A stretch of 63,751 bases of DNA, counting the filler, from Lama guanicoe (Eukaryota): assembly GCA_013239625.1 (NCBI GenBank). It is 139 parts of 139 records of this genome, joined end to end, with 100 filler letters (N's around TTAATTAATTAA, not from the genome) between each part and the next. Parts side by side here need not be neighbours in the genome. Positions count along the whole stretch, not along the records: positions 1 to 358 come from PNXV01057974.1; positions 459 to 816 come from PNXV01057975.1; positions 917 to 1,274 come from PNXV01057976.1; positions 1,375 to 1,732 come from PNXV01057977.1; positions 1,833 to 2,190 come from PNXV01057978.1; positions 2,291 to 2,648 come from PNXV01057979.1; positions 2,749 to 3,106 come from PNXV01057980.1; positions 3,207 to 3,564 come from PNXV01057981.1; 131 more parts are not named here. One strand, written 5' to 3'. Positions 1 to 12,399 of this stretch are shown here, piece after piece. The notes beneath the pieces were generated by a model. The model worked only from the letters and a program-made list of their open reading frames with translations, did not search any database and had not been told where the DNA came from. The number at the start of each line of letters is the position of its first letter. Positions within the stretch are counted from its first letter, which is position 1. The position numbers were made by a program, and so were the translations under genes.

Positions 1-358
1 AAGTCCTAGCCACAGCAATCAGGCAAGAGAGAGAAATAAGAGGGATCCATGTTGGAAAAGAAGAGGTAATACTGTCACTATACGCAGATGACATGATACT
101 ACATGTAGAAAACCCTAAAAGGTCCACAAAAAATCTACCAGAGTGAATGAAAGAATTTGGCAAAGTAGTAGGATACATTATTACACAAAAATGTCAGCTG
201 CATATCCTTACACTAAACAATGAAATAGCAGGAAAAGAAAGTATAGAAACAATACTTTTTAAAACTGCCTCCCAAATAATAAAATACTTAGGAATAAATC
301 TGACAAAGGAGATGAAAAACTTATACATGGAGAATTACAAAACACTGATTAAGGAAAT
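1..358 (+). mobile_element. LINE-1 ORF2 reverse-transcriptase fragment (degenerate)
   Basis: Frame 3 reads [57 protein letters not shown], matching the L1 RT catalytic region. YADD is at 81-92 and there is an in-frame stop. Confidence 0.96.
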
Positions 359-458
359 NNNNNNNNNNNNNNNNNNNNNNNNNNNNNNNNNNNNNNNNNN
401 NNTTAATTAATTAANNNNNNNNNNNNNNNNNNNNNNNNNNNNNNNNNNNNNNNNNNNN
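359..458. other. First 100-bp assembly spacer (TTAATTAATTAA at 403-414, stop codons in all six frames)
   Basis: Palindromic 12-mer with TAA in all three frames on both strands, flanked by 44 N on each side. Confidence 0.99.
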
Positions 459-594
459 CGGGTTTAAAATCTGACACACAGGGAAAGGCAGTGACTTGCT
501 CGTGGGTGAGACAGCCATCTGATGGCAGAGCTGGTCCCGGGCCTATGACAGTTTCTGAAATCCCTCAGGCTCTCCCTGGGCAGGGTCAGCTTAC

Positions 595-816
595 GTTTTA
601 GCTCCAGCCCGTCCACCTCCACTTTGCTGAGAAGCCTCAGCTGCCCGCTCAGGTTCTTGGTGTCCCCAAGGAACTCATACAGCGGGTTCTTCTCGGCCGG
701 CCATGTGGGCTTCTTGGTCGGCAGGGCCACGGACATGGAGCCCACGGGGTCGCTGAAACCCTCCTCACCAAAGGGGTCCTTCTGGCTCTGGGTCCACTGA
801 CTAAGCAAGAGGCTCT
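595..816 (-). CDS. C1orf94: Internal coding exon (5'-truncated by contig end) of the C1orf94 orthologue
   Basis: Translation LSQWTQSQKDPFGEEGFSDPVGSMSVALPTKKPTWPAEKNPLYEFLGDTKNLSGQLRLLSKVEVDGLELK matches remembered human C1orf94 (LSQWPQSQKDACGEEG...KKPTCPAEKNLLYEFLGATKNPSGQPRLRNKVEVDGPELK). Similarity ends at a GTAAG donor (594-590). Confidence 0.88.
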
Positions 817-1387
817 NNNNNNNNNNNNNNNNNNNNNNNNNNNNNNNNNNNNNNNNNNNNTTAATTAATTAANNNNNNNNNNNNNNNNNNNNNNNNNNNN
901 NNNNNNNNNNNNNNNNCAGGGCTGACACTCAAACAATACCCAGAATCAGAGCCACTAAATGACCAGCAACTGATCATAACATGAGTGAATCAAGCTATGA
1001 CTGGAAAACAGCCCAGTAAGATCAATCTAACTTCTGACTCCTTAAATCATATGCTAAATCAATGTGGTTAAAAGTCAGTAAGCAACAATATCTAATACAT
1101 CAACCTTGCTGCTCTAATAAACATTTCTTAAAAAAATATTCATACTTGACCCTGAAGTATAAAGCAAAATGCAGTCAAAGAGCCCTGAAGTATCATCAGG
1201 TGATCTGACTGAATTCCTAACTCAGTCATTGACTAGAGGTGTTACTGCAAACACATCAAATACATGCTGAGTTTNNNNNNNNNNNNNNNNNNNNNNNNNN
1301 NNNNNNNNNNNNNNNNNNTTAATTAATTAANNNNNNNNNNNNNNNNNNNNNNNNNNNNNNNNNNNNNNNNNNNNTTTTTTTTTTATT

Positions 1388-1600
1388 GTGGTGTCGTATA
1401 GTGATTAAGGGCACATACTCCAGCATCAGATTGCCTGGGTTCTAATCCCAACCTTTTATTACTTGCAAGTTAATCATTAAGTCAATAACAGACAAGATAA
1501 CTAATCTCTGTGAGCCTCAACGTACATACCTTACAAATGGAGGTACTGACCGGACCTGTCACATCGGTTGTTCCGATGATTAAGTGAATATATGGATATC
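1388..1600 (+). mobile_element. MIR SINE
   Basis: tatagtgattaagggcac...cagattgcctgggttctaatccc...aatctctgtgagcctca...aaatggagg...gatgattaagtgaat follows the MIR head and core. Confidence 0.8.
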
Positions 1601-1832
1601 GTATGTTAGATGTTAGAGAGATGGATAGTAGACAGGTAGCTGCATAGGAACATGCCTTCCCACTCCATACTTTTTAGATGTCATTATTACTCGTGAAAAA
1701 TAAACACTGATTCAGAGGCAATTGGCATGATCNNNNNNNNNNNNNNNNNNNNNNNNNNNNNNNNNNNNNNNNNNNNTTAATTAATTAANNNNNNNNNNNN
1801 NNNNNNNNNNNNNNNNNNNNNNNNNNNNNNNN

Positions 1833-2190
1833 CCCCGGCGCCCGGTACGCAGAGTGGAGGCGCCAGCGCCCTCCACCAGCCACCCGCGCAGGACCTCGGA
1901 GGCAGAGCCCACATGCTTCCCAAGCGGCAGGAGCAGGTCCACGTTCTGATTCCTCACGGCTCTTATTCCAAAGCGTCAGAATTTATCGGGCGCATCTCTG
2001 CGCTCGGCGCCGTGAAAATCTAAGTCCAGGATGAAAGGACTGCAGCCACAAAACAGGCGCAGGCCTCGGGTAAAGACTGTGGTGGAGCGGAGACTTTCCT
2101 CGCCACGCCCAGCGTTTTTCACCAGGTTGTGTTCTGTGACTCTGGCTGCACCACGGGTGACTGCTTCCTAAGTTTCAGAACGGGTTACCA
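1833..2190. promoter_or_regulatory. CpG-rich fragment, probable CpG-island edge
   Basis: High CpG density relative to the CpG-depleted bulk. No recognisable coding signal. Confidence 0.4.
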
Positions 2191-4349
2191 NNNNNNNNNN
2201 NNNNNNNNNNNNNNNNNNNNNNNNNNNNNNNNNNTTAATTAATTAANNNNNNNNNNNNNNNNNNNNNNNNNNNNNNNNNNNNNNNNNNNNAATTCGCAAT
2301 TTGCTGTGTTTGACTTTTCGCGTTTCTGGTACAAAGCAAGATGACTGTGGTAAATGCTTAAGGAGAGCTTATTAAGCCCTTTTTAAAAATCAGACTCAAG
2401 CAAGCTAATGACTGCAGATTCAAAGGTCTTTACGTAGCAGTTAAACGTGGCTTCCATATGAATTATTGGGATTATTGGGTTTGAATTATTGGGTAATTAC
2501 AATGCTTGGTGTAAGCGCTTACTTTAGCCACTGTTACTCTCCTTCCTATTTCTCTTGTACAAGTAGACTGTGAAATCTGCCATATGTTTTGAAGCTTTCA
2601 TTCACAATGAAACTAATAATTTATTTATCCCACAGCTGCCTTTTGGTTNNNNNNNNNNNNNNNNNNNNNNNNNNNNNNNNNNNNNNNNNNNNTTAATTAA
2701 TTAANNNNNNNNNNNNNNNNNNNNNNNNNNNNNNNNNNNNNNNNNNNNGGCTTTTCTCTCATGCAAAGACCTTACAAAGAGAGATGCCACCATGCAGATA
2801 TGTAAGATGGGCTAAGAATTCAGATTGACGTGATGTCTCTTTCTCACAATGTTTTTCCTTCTCTTTCTCTTCACGTTTTCCCTTACATTCTGCCTTCCCT
2901 GTTCACTGTTTCCTCATCCCCCTTTTATTCCATTCCCTCATTTTCTGCTGCCCTTTGAATTCTTGTTCCCTGCCATCTTCACTCATAGGAGGAAGCGCTC
3001 AATGGTGGACCTCCCATGAAAAGCTTAACAGAAGAAGTGAGTGTAAGGGGAATTGTGGGGTGGTTGAACATGGTGACTCATTTTATTTTTCTCTTTATTT
3101 AAAAAANNNNNNNNNNNNNNNNNNNNNNNNNNNNNNNNNNNNNNNNNNNNTTAATTAATTAANNNNNNNNNNNNNNNNNNNNNNNNNNNNNNNNNNNNNN
3201 NNNNNNTCTTGGGATGTGTGAAGTTCAGCGCCGGCCTCCAAACACTGCAGCAGCCGCTCAGTGCAGGGACGAAACAGCCCAGACAATGTAGAATGGCAGC
3301 AACGTGCAGCTGCCAGGCTCCAGGCATTTTCAGAAACTGTGAGGATGCCTGCACTGCTGACAGCTCTGTTGTTGGTGTATGGAGCAAGGGGAATTTGATT
3401 CTGTCACACTATTTGCTGGATACTTTGAGAGAGTCACAGAAGCCGGGACCCTCAACATGAGGAGAGCTGGAGAGGCTAGATTTGCTCTCTGCCTTGGGAT
3501 CTCCTCCCGGAGGACGTGGGTGGGAACCTCAAGCTGAGGGGGTGCTCCAGCTTTGCCCCTGAAANNNNNNNNNNNNNNNNNNNNNNNNNNNNNNNNNNNN
3601 NNNNNNNNTTAATTAATTAANNNNNNNNNNNNNNNNNNNNNNNNNNNNNNNNNNNNNNNNNNNNAAGAGAAAGCAAATAAATAAGAACTACACCGTGTGC
3701 CCACATTTTAATTATGTTACTTAAGTATCCAGGCTAAATGTGTAGGGTCCTGTCCCCATCCCAGTCCCAAGAGCAGAAGAGGGCCTGACGGCTACCCAGA
3801 GTGTCGTGTGGGCATCCTAGCCCGTCCAGTCCTGGGTTTCCCTGGAGGCGGCTGGCAAACCCCTCTGTCTCTGGCCTGCACCCCTTCCATCCCTCACATG
3901 TAGCCCTGAGTCCCGCCCAGCCCCTGTGAGTCCACCAGACCACACACTCAGGCCAGAAGTGGCTTCTTCCTTCAAGAAGTCAAGACCCATGAACATGAAG
4001 GCCTCTAGGCTCTGAAAACAGANNNNNNNNNNNNNNNNNNNNNNNNNNNNNNNNNNNNNNNNNNNNTTAATTAATTAANNNNNNNNNNNNNNNNNNNNNN
4101 NNNNNNNNNNNNNNNNNNNNNNTTTTTTTTTTAAAAAAAAGCCATGTCCTGGTAAAAGTTCTGTATTCTAAGGCTAAAGAGAAAAATCTTTTAAACTTTC
4201 AGACAGAAATAAAAAACAGATTTCCTGCAAAGGATGAGGAATCAGTCTTCTTGTCTGTCACACTAGAGGCTACCGTGAACTAACGCCCATGAACTAACAT
4301 CCCATGAACTTCTTACAGAAAAAAAGCCTGCAACCTAGGAATCCTACAC

Positions 4350-4479
4350 TATGTGAAATAAGCCAGAAGAAGAAAGAAAAATACCATTTGATATCACACA
4401 CAAAAGGGACACAAATGAAATTATTTATGTAACAGAAATAGACTCACAGACATAGAAAACAAACTTATGGTTACCAGGG
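4350..4479 (+). mobile_element. LINE-1 ORF2 end / 3' UTR fragment
   Basis: gtgaaataagccag...aaataccatttgatatcac...acagaaatagactcacagacatagaaaacaaacttatggttacc, typical of cetartiodactyl L1 3' ends. Confidence 0.85.
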
Positions 4480-5953
4480 NNNNNNNNNNNNNNNNNNNNN
4501 NNNNNNNNNNNNNNNNNNNNNNNTTAATTAATTAANNNNNNNNNNNNNNNNNNNNNNNNNNNNNNNNNNNNNNNNNNNNGTAATTATTCAAAGTCTGATG
4601 GCTAGTCAAAGCAGAAGTGGTTCAGTATGACACCGTCTGATTGGTAAAAAGTTTTTTAAAAGGTGAGGGATATGCATGTTGAAGGAATAACCAAGATTTC
4701 ACAACCAGGCTAGACTTTCTTAATTTACTCCAGCCCAGGTTTGTTTTCCTCTATGTCAATGGATGAATTGTTCCTCACCACATGGTACACATGGTTCCCA
4801 TTAAGTTTGTCTTTATCCAGATGTGTTTCATTTTTACCACTAAATCTTGAGTTTTGAAATTGCGGAGGCAGGTTGAAATGGGTAAAGAAAGTCTATTACC
4901 TGTGTGTTTATGGCAGTGTTTAAGGGTTTTTTTTTTTNNNNNNNNNNNNNNNNNNNNNNNNNNNNNNNNNNNNNNNNNNNNTTAATTAATTAANNNNNNN
5001 NNNNNNNNNNNNNNNNNNNNNNNNNNNNNNNNNNNNNTGTGGATTTTGCAACTATACTTGTAAAGACAACTCTGCTACATAAGGTGGAGTGCAAAGCTTA
5101 CTACTCTCTACCAGGCTGTGTTCCTAGGGGAATGACACCATTCAGGGGGAGCGAAATGACCTCCAGTGTTACCATATGGGACATGCAGCTGCTGCAGCAT
5201 GAAGCCTGTAGGTGAAGTTGTAGATGAAGGGTGAGGGGAAGACCATATAGTGAAGCACATATCTGACCCCTTGCACTGACATCTTGGTCACTTTGTACCT
5301 GGTCCCATGGACCAAACAGAGCAGTGGCTGTGGTAACAGACTATCTGACACCCGTAACAATGAGACAGGTTTGTCGCTATGACATCCCTCACTCANNNNN
5401 NNNNNNNNNNNNNNNNNNNNNNNNNNNNNNNNNNNNNNNTTAATTAATTAANNNNNNNNNNNNNNNNNNNNNNNNNNNNNNNNNNNNNNNNNNNNCACTG
5501 AGCTGTATACATACCCTCCGCCTTGCACAACTAGCTTTTCCCACTGCCTCCTGTTCCCCCTGAGGCTGGTGCCCACTGGCAGACAGACCAGATGCCATCC
5601 ACAGCACAGCTCATGTGTCTCAGTTGACTATCTTATCCTGGCAGACTCAAGAATTTGAATGTTTTATGGGAGTCTAGTCAAACTCCAAAATCACACTTGT
5701 TTACATATTAGCTGTATTACCAGTTCAGTTTCTTTGCCATAAGTCTCGTTCCCCTGTTGTGCATTATCCAGAGGAATATAAATATTTTGTGAAGTGTGTA
5801 CATTAGAAGATGGGGGTAGAGGTTTATAGAAGATCGACATGAATGCCTTTCTGNNNNNNNNNNNNNNNNNNNNNNNNNNNNNNNNNNNNNNNNNNNNTTA
5901 ATTAATTAANNNNNNNNNNNNNNNNNNNNNNNNNNNNNNNNNNNNNNNNNNNN

Positions 5954-6311
5954 ATCACTGCCTCTGTCCTTGGACCTGGTGCATGTGAGTTTCCGTGTAT
6001 GCTTCTCAGGTGAATGGAGTCTCCGTTTTCCCCAGTCCCGTGAGGATCCCAGAGCCAAGCCCCACTCGCCTTCAAAACCAGAAGTCCTGGGGTCTCCTCT
6101 TCCCAATGCCAGGACCCCAGCTGGGGAGCCTGACGTGGGGCTCAGAGCTTCACTCCTGTGGGCGGGCCTCTGCGACTGAACAAATCTTTATCTTGTGGGT
6201 CACCCACCCAGGGAGGTATGGGGCCCAGTTATATCGCGAGCACGCCCCTCCTGCCGTCCCGCTGTGGTTCCCTCTTTGTGTTTCCAGTTGCAGAAGATCT
6301 GTTTTGCTAGG
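5954..6311 (-). mobile_element. LINE-1 5' region fragment
   Basis: ccttcaaaaccagaagtcctggggtctcctcttcccaatgccaggaccccagctggggagcctgacgtggggctcagagcttcactcctgtggg resembles the antisense of laurasiatherian L1 5' UTR sequence. Confidence 0.7.
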
Positions 6312-6906
6312 NNNNNNNNNNNNNNNNNNNNNNNNNNNNNNNNNNNNNNNNNNNNTTAATTAATTAANNNNNNNNNNNNNNNNNNNNNNNNNNNNNNNNN
6401 NNNNNNNNNNNGTGTATCTGCACACTTACTAAAATGAGTTATGTGACAGCAGGGTTCACATCTTTTAAAATATTTTTCATAGGAACTCCATAGAATGCAT
6501 GCTTATCCTGTTGCAGGGGCTACATTAAAATTAAAGATGCATGTGTCACTATCCTTGATTTCAAAGGCTGCTGAACAGGCATTCACTACTGTGATAAACG
6601 CTTCAGTAGACGTATGCACAGTGTGCTACTGAAACATCTTTAGGCAAGTAACCTAGGTTGAGAAGGCAGTTAGCAGCTTTCTAAAGTGGATGGCGGACTG
6701 CAACCAAACACATGAGTGAGAGTCAGAGTCCGTGAGGTGAAGACCAGTGTTGGGAGATCAGGGCTCAGGNNNNNNNNNNNNNNNNNNNNNNNNNNNNNNN
6801 NNNNNNNNNNNNNTTAATTAATTAANNNNNNNNNNNNNNNNNNNNNNNNNNNNNNNNNNNNNNNNNNNNTACATGGAGAGTGCTATGAAGAGATAAAATA
6901 GGGTAA

Positions 6907-7227
6907 CATGTTCTGAATATTTGTGTTTCCCCCAAAATTCATCTGTTAGGTTCCAAATGCCCGATATGATGGGCCTTTGGTAAATGATCAGGTCATAAGG
7001 AGGGAGCCCTCAGAGATGGGGTTAGTGCCATTATAAAAAAGGGCCTGAGACCAACCTCGCTACTTTCATCAAGTGAGGACATGGTGAGAAGTCAGCAGGC
7101 TGCCAGCTTTCACAAGAGATGCTGGCACACTCATCTCTGACTATAGTCTTCAGAACCATGGGAAAAACATTTCCATTATTTACAAGCTACCCAGTCTGTG
7201 GTAATTTGTTTTAACATCTCAAATAGG
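6907..7227 (+). mobile_element. MaLR LTR (MLT1A/B-like)
   Basis: tgaatatttgtgtttcccccaaaattcat...gtgaggacatggtgagaag...cagaaccatgggaaaaacatttccattatttacaagctacccagtctgtggtaatttgtt. Confidence 0.85.
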
Positions 7228-7327
7228 NNNNNNNNNNNNNNNNNNNNNNNNNNNNNNNNNNNNNNNNNNNNTTAATTAATTAANNNNNNNNNNNNNNNNN
7301 NNNNNNNNNNNNNNNNNNNNNNNNNNN

Positions 7328-7684
7328 TTACAGATTCTGGTGTACAGCATAGTGATTCAGTTATATGTGTATATATACATATATTCTTTTTCATGTTCTT
7401 CTCCATTACGTTATTATAAGATATAGAATGTAGTTCACTGTGTAATACAGTAGGACCTTGTTGTTTATCTGTTTTACATAGTTTGTGTCTGCTAGTCCCA
7501 AACTCCTAATTTATCCCTCACCACACCTTTCTCTGCTGGTAACCATAAATTGGTTTCCTATATCTGTGAGTCTCTGTTTTGTAAATAAGTTCATTTGTAT
7601 CTTTTTTTTAGATTTCACATATAAGTGGTATCACATGATATTTGTCTGTCTGACTTACTTCACTTAGTGTGATAATCTCTAGGT
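7328..7684 (-). mobile_element. LINE-1 3' end
   Basis: ggtgtacagcatagtgattcagttata...tacagtaggaccttgttgtttatc...ttttgtaaataagttcatttgtatc...gacttacttcacttagt. Confidence 0.92.
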
Positions 7685-9159
7685 NNNNNNNNNNNNNNNN
7701 NNNNNNNNNNNNNNNNNNNNNNNNNNNNTTAATTAATTAANNNNNNNNNNNNNNNNNNNNNNNNNNNNNNNNNNNNNNNNNNNNAAAAAAAACCTTCAAA
7801 ACTTTCTATTATGTAGAAATAAGTTCTAATAAAATTGATTCATATCTTATATCTTTATGCACACACACAAATTTGTATCACATAAGTGCATTTTAGATTA
7901 CTTTACAAACAACACTATGTCCCATCATTTTTTAAGTCAGTAAATATATTTCTATAATGAAATTTCTAATGGCTGTAATAAAATTCCATTCTATGGAGGT
8001 AAGTGCTTACTTAGCCTTCTAATTTGAACATGTGAGTTTTTTTAATAATGTTTTGACATTTAATTGCTACAATAATTAACACCTTCAAACGTATGTCTTT
8101 CCTCTATTTCTTATTGCCCAAGGATTAATTAGTCAGAATTAANNNNNNNNNNNNNNNNNNNNNNNNNNNNNNNNNNNNNNNNNNNNTTAATTAATTAANN
8201 NNNNNNNNNNNNNNNNNNNNNNNNNNNNNNNNNNNNNNNNNNACTAAGCTCTGGATTGACTCTTGATTAAATGAAACATCGTATATAAAGAACTTCACAT
8301 GGTTCCTGGCAGTTGATGTGCGCTCAGTCCGGGTTAATTTCTTCCTTTCCTTCTTTACTTTTCTTTTCCTTGTTTTGCAAATGATTACATATGATGGCTT
8401 TTCGTGTTAGTTTTTGAAAACCAGTCATTCGTTTGCTTGAAAGGAATGGAATAAAATGTTACATGTCTATTGGGTAATTTTTAAGGGAAAATATTAAATA
8501 TACTAGTATACTTTGGTTCATATTTTGACTTTTTGTGGATCATTTTAATACCATCTTATTTAATTTATCTTCATCTAAATATCCAACTATAATTTTTAAA
8601 NNNNNNNNNNNNNNNNNNNNNNNNNNNNNNNNNNNNNNNNNNNNTTAATTAATTAANNNNNNNNNNNNNNNNNNNNNNNNNNNNNNNNNNNNNNNNNNNN
8701 TCTCCAAAGGGGCTGCTCCTTGTACAGACCTCATCACCCCGCTCACCCCGAAACTGCAGCCATGCCTGACGCTGGTGCTTGATTCTTCATGACGTGTGGG
8801 GTAGCATCCCTGCAGGGCACCGAGGCTCCCTCTCCAGCTCAGAGCCTCCTGCATCCCTGCAGTGGCCCACAGGCCTCCCTCTTCAGCCCCTGCCCTTCGC
8901 TCCCATGTCCCCAGGTTGACCCCCGCTGGTCACCCAAACCTCTCTCCGAGCCCTCCTCCCGGCCATGCTCACACCTGCAGTCTGCCCGCACACTCACTCC
9001 CTTTTTCAGGACTCAACTCACCGTGCCTGCCTGACCCCTCTGAGCCCCACTTCTCTCTCNNNNNNNNNNNNNNNNNNNNNNNNNNNNNNNNNNNNNNNNN
9101 NNNTTAATTAATTAANNNNNNNNNNNNNNNNNNNNNNNNNNNNNNNNNNNNNNNNNNNN

Positions 9160-9517
9160 GTGAGAATGTGAATTCATATATATGTACGTTGAAGTTGCTT
9201 TCGGGACATGAGTCCACCTTCTGCCCAGATTGCGAGCTTTTTTTTTTAAATATATATATATATATTTTTTTTTAACTGAATTGTAGTCAGTTTACAATGT
9301 TGTGTGAATGTCTGGTGCCCAGCACAGTGCTTCAGTCACACATGAATATACGTATATTCATTTTCATATTCTTTTTCACCGTGAGCTACTATGATTTAGT
9401 GAATATATTTCCCCGTGCTCTACAGTAGGACCCAGTCATTTATTTACTTTATATATATATTAGTTAGTAGCTTTTTGATGAAAGCAACTTTTCCATTGCA
9501 ACCAACACTTCCCTCTT
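9160..9517 (+). mobile_element. ERV LTR fragment interrupted by an L1 insertion
   Basis: gggacatgagtccaccttctgcccagattgcgagcttttt | gatgaaagcaacttttccattgcaaccaacactt rejoins into an LTR poly(A)-signal region. Confidence 0.6.
9243..9468 (-). mobile_element. 5'-truncated LINE-1 3' end with target-site duplication AGCTTTTT
   Basis: Poly(T)/(TA)n tail followed by actgaattgtagtcagtttacaatgttgtg. AGCTTTTT occurs at 9235-9242 and 9469-9476. Confidence 0.85.
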
Positions 9518-9840
9518 NNNNNNNNNNNNNNNNNNNNNNNNNNNNNNNNNNNNNNNNNNNNTTAATTAATTAANNNNNNNNNNNNNNNNNNNNNNNNNNN
9601 NNNNNNNNNNNNNNNNNATTCCTTGAGTTCCTTAAATCCAGCTACTCCCTAAATCTTGTTAACACTATTTCCTTCAGGTTTCCAACATTTGTCTATTCTT
9701 TTTTTTTTTTTCCTTCCACTTCCATTGTCAAAAACTCAACCCAAGCTGTCATTGGAGGGTCGCCGGTACACAGGGACCTCAACGCTCAGCCGTGTCTGTT
9801 TTTAAGTTTTGAAAGTTATTTGTATGAGCCTTTGGGCTTC

Positions 9841-9976
9841 AGAGTTGAGGCTGGAATGAGTTAAGGTCTTTGGGGCTGTTAGGATGGAATGTATCTTGCA
9901 TGTGAGAAGGACGTGAACTTTGGGGAAACCATGCTATGGACTGAATACCATCCTTCCCAGATTCATATGCCCACTG
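9841..9976 (+). mobile_element. MaLR internal 3' end / MLT1A LTR junction
   Basis: gctggaatgagttaaggtctttggggctgttaggatggaatgtatcttgcatgtgagaaggacgtgaactttgggg...tgctatggactgaat. Confidence 0.8.
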
Positions 9977-10631
9977 NNNNNNNNNNNNNNNNNNNNNNNN
10001 NNNNNNNNNNNNNNNNNNNNTTAATTAATTAANNNNNNNNNNNNNNNNNNNNNNNNNNNNNNNNNNNNNNNNNNNNTGTTTGTCTCCATGTGAGGAATTC
10101 CTCTTGGTCTCCCAGGTCACAAGGTTCTTTTCTTGAGCCATCAGACTTAAAATTATTTCCAAAACTCACAAGCATATTTTTTTCTCAGTTGTTGTCAAGC
10201 AGTTTCTTATTACAGTTTTTCATATTACATATTTTACATGTAAATACATGATAAATACAGTCATTCCTTCAAGGAATTATTTAAGTATATTATATGCCAT
10301 TCTGATGTCAAGCTTTAGTCAACAGGATTATAAATGCATGCTTTGCTCTTTTGAAAACTTCAATATGCTTGTTCCTGACGTGCACAAAAAATACTGCAAA
10401 CTACATCAGTAAACAAAGAATGCTGAAGCCATCAANNNNNNNNNNNNNNNNNNNNNNNNNNNNNNNNNNNNNNNNNNNNTTAATTAATTAANNNNNNNNN
10501 NNNNNNNNNNNNNNNNNNNNNNNNNNNNNNNNNNNAAGAATAATAATCATTAATATTTCTTTTCCCCTTTATATTCTGGCAGGCAACCTACACTGTTATC
10601 TCTAATTCACATCAGGAACTTTCAAAGACAT

Positions 10632-10894
10632 CTGCTTAGATCAGTTTCCCAGAAGCAGATCTTGAGATGAGGATTTGTGTGCAAATGATTTATTAAGGAA
10701 TTGCCCTCAGAATCCAGGAAGGGAGAAGGAAAAGCAGGCCAGGGATATGAAAGAAACCAACCACAGGCATGATCTCAGGCAAAGCCCCCCAGAAGGTTGC
10801 TGCAGCTTGACCCACAGGGGAATGCGGGTAAATGGGTTACACTTTAGGAGCACGTCCCCGAGAACAAGGAAGCTGGCCTTCCACACACCTGCAC
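10632..10894. mobile_element. Old ERVL/MaLR-class LTR fragment
   Basis: ttcccagaagcagatcttgagatgaggatttgtgtgcaaatgatttattaaggaa is typical of LTR16/LTR33-type ends. Confidence 0.55.
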
Positions 10895-11029
10895 NNNNNN
10901 NNNNNNNNNNNNNNNNNNNNNNNNNNNNNNNNNNNNNNTTAATTAATTAANNNNNNNNNNNNNNNNNNNNNNNNNNNNNNNNNNNNNNNNNNNNTAGTTC
11001 TTTCAGTAAATGTGGATGGTTGTGACTTT

Positions 11030-11351
11030 TTTAAAATTTATTTTATTTAATTTTTAAAATTGAAGTATAGTTGATTTACAATGTTGTGTTCTTTTCTGGT
11101 GCACAGAATAGTGATTCAGTTGTAAATATATGCATTCTTTTTCAGATTCTTTTCCGTTATGGATCATTACAAGATACTGAATGTGGTTCCCTGTGCTATA
11201 CAGTAGGTCCTTGTTGTTTATCTAGTTTACATACAGTAGTGTGTATTGGTTAATCCCAAACTCCTAGTTTATCCCTCCTCTTCTTCCCCTTTTGGTAAAC
11301 ACAAGTTTGTTTTCTATATATGGGAGTCACCTTCTGTTTTGTAAATAAGTT
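11030..11351 (-). mobile_element. LINE-1 3' end
   Basis: ttgaagtatagttgatttacaatgttgtg...ccctgtgctatacagtaggtccttgttgtttatc; same family as 7328-7684. Confidence 0.92.
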
Positions 11352-11949
11352 NNNNNNNNNNNNNNNNNNNNNNNNNNNNNNNNNNNNNNNNNNNNTTAAT
11401 TAATTAANNNNNNNNNNNNNNNNNNNNNNNNNNNNNNNNNNNNNNNNNNNNGGAGAGAGGGGTGATGCCCGAGTCTCGCACTCTCATCCTTCCCCGGTTT
11501 CCCCAAAGCTGCCTTCCAGGGGCTTCCGTGGAAGCTTAGGGACCTACTGAGCGCAGTTAGGAACCCATCGACACACCTTCTCTCATCTGGAGCCCGGAAG
11601 GCACGAGGAGTCCTGTCATCTTTATTTTACAGGTACGAAAACCGCGGCTTCTGTGGTCGGGACTGAGAAACCACACACCGACCGCAGTGTGGGCGGAAGC
11701 ATTTCCAAACGCAGCGCTTCTCTCACTGAGGCGTGCAGAATTCTTAAAATGTGCAATAGACACACGGAATTCTTCCCACCCTCTCGTCCTGGGTGACAGC
11801 TACAAGGTGANNNNNNNNNNNNNNNNNNNNNNNNNNNNNNNNNNNNNNNNNNNNTTAATTAATTAANNNNNNNNNNNNNNNNNNNNNNNNNNNNNNNNNN
11901 NNNNNNNNNNGGGAGGGGCAGGGGTATGATACTAGGGGCAACAGCCTTG

Positions 11950-12200
11950 GTAACAAAAAGGAAACTTTTGTTGCTTTTAATCAGAATACTGGTAATCTGG
12001 TGGACCTAGCATCTTCCCCCTCCCCAAACCGTCTCCAAAGATTCTGTTCAGCCATGAAAGCTTTAAAGGGAACTGAAGTTTATCACTGAGATAGGTGGTC
12101 AGAGTCCTTGCCGTCCCCCAGTGCCTGCAGGCTTGTCCTAATCAGTTGTTTGAGCCTGCTCTTCTGTGACTCGGGGAGGCCTGGGAGACTTCAGCTTTCC
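11950..12200. mobile_element. ERV LTR fragment
   Basis: ttttaatcagaatactggtaatctggtggacc...aagattctgttcagccatgaaagctttaaaggg resembles a cetartiodactyl ERV1 LTR. Confidence 0.45.
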
Positions 12201-12399
12201 TATAAACAAGAGGCAGTCGGGGTTGGGGGTGGGGACCCACGTGATCCAGCACCCTTTTAGATTTACTTCNNNNNNNNNNNNNNNNNNNNNNNNNNNNNNN
12301 NNNNNNNNNNNNNTTAATTAATTAANNNNNNNNNNNNNNNNNNNNNNNNNNNNNNNNNNNNNNNNNNNNTTTTTGCACTTCTCAGTGGTCCTTATTTAA

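Noticed and set aside
2461..2494. ATTATTGGG repeated three times
   Set aside because: Short low-complexity local duplication with no supportable function.
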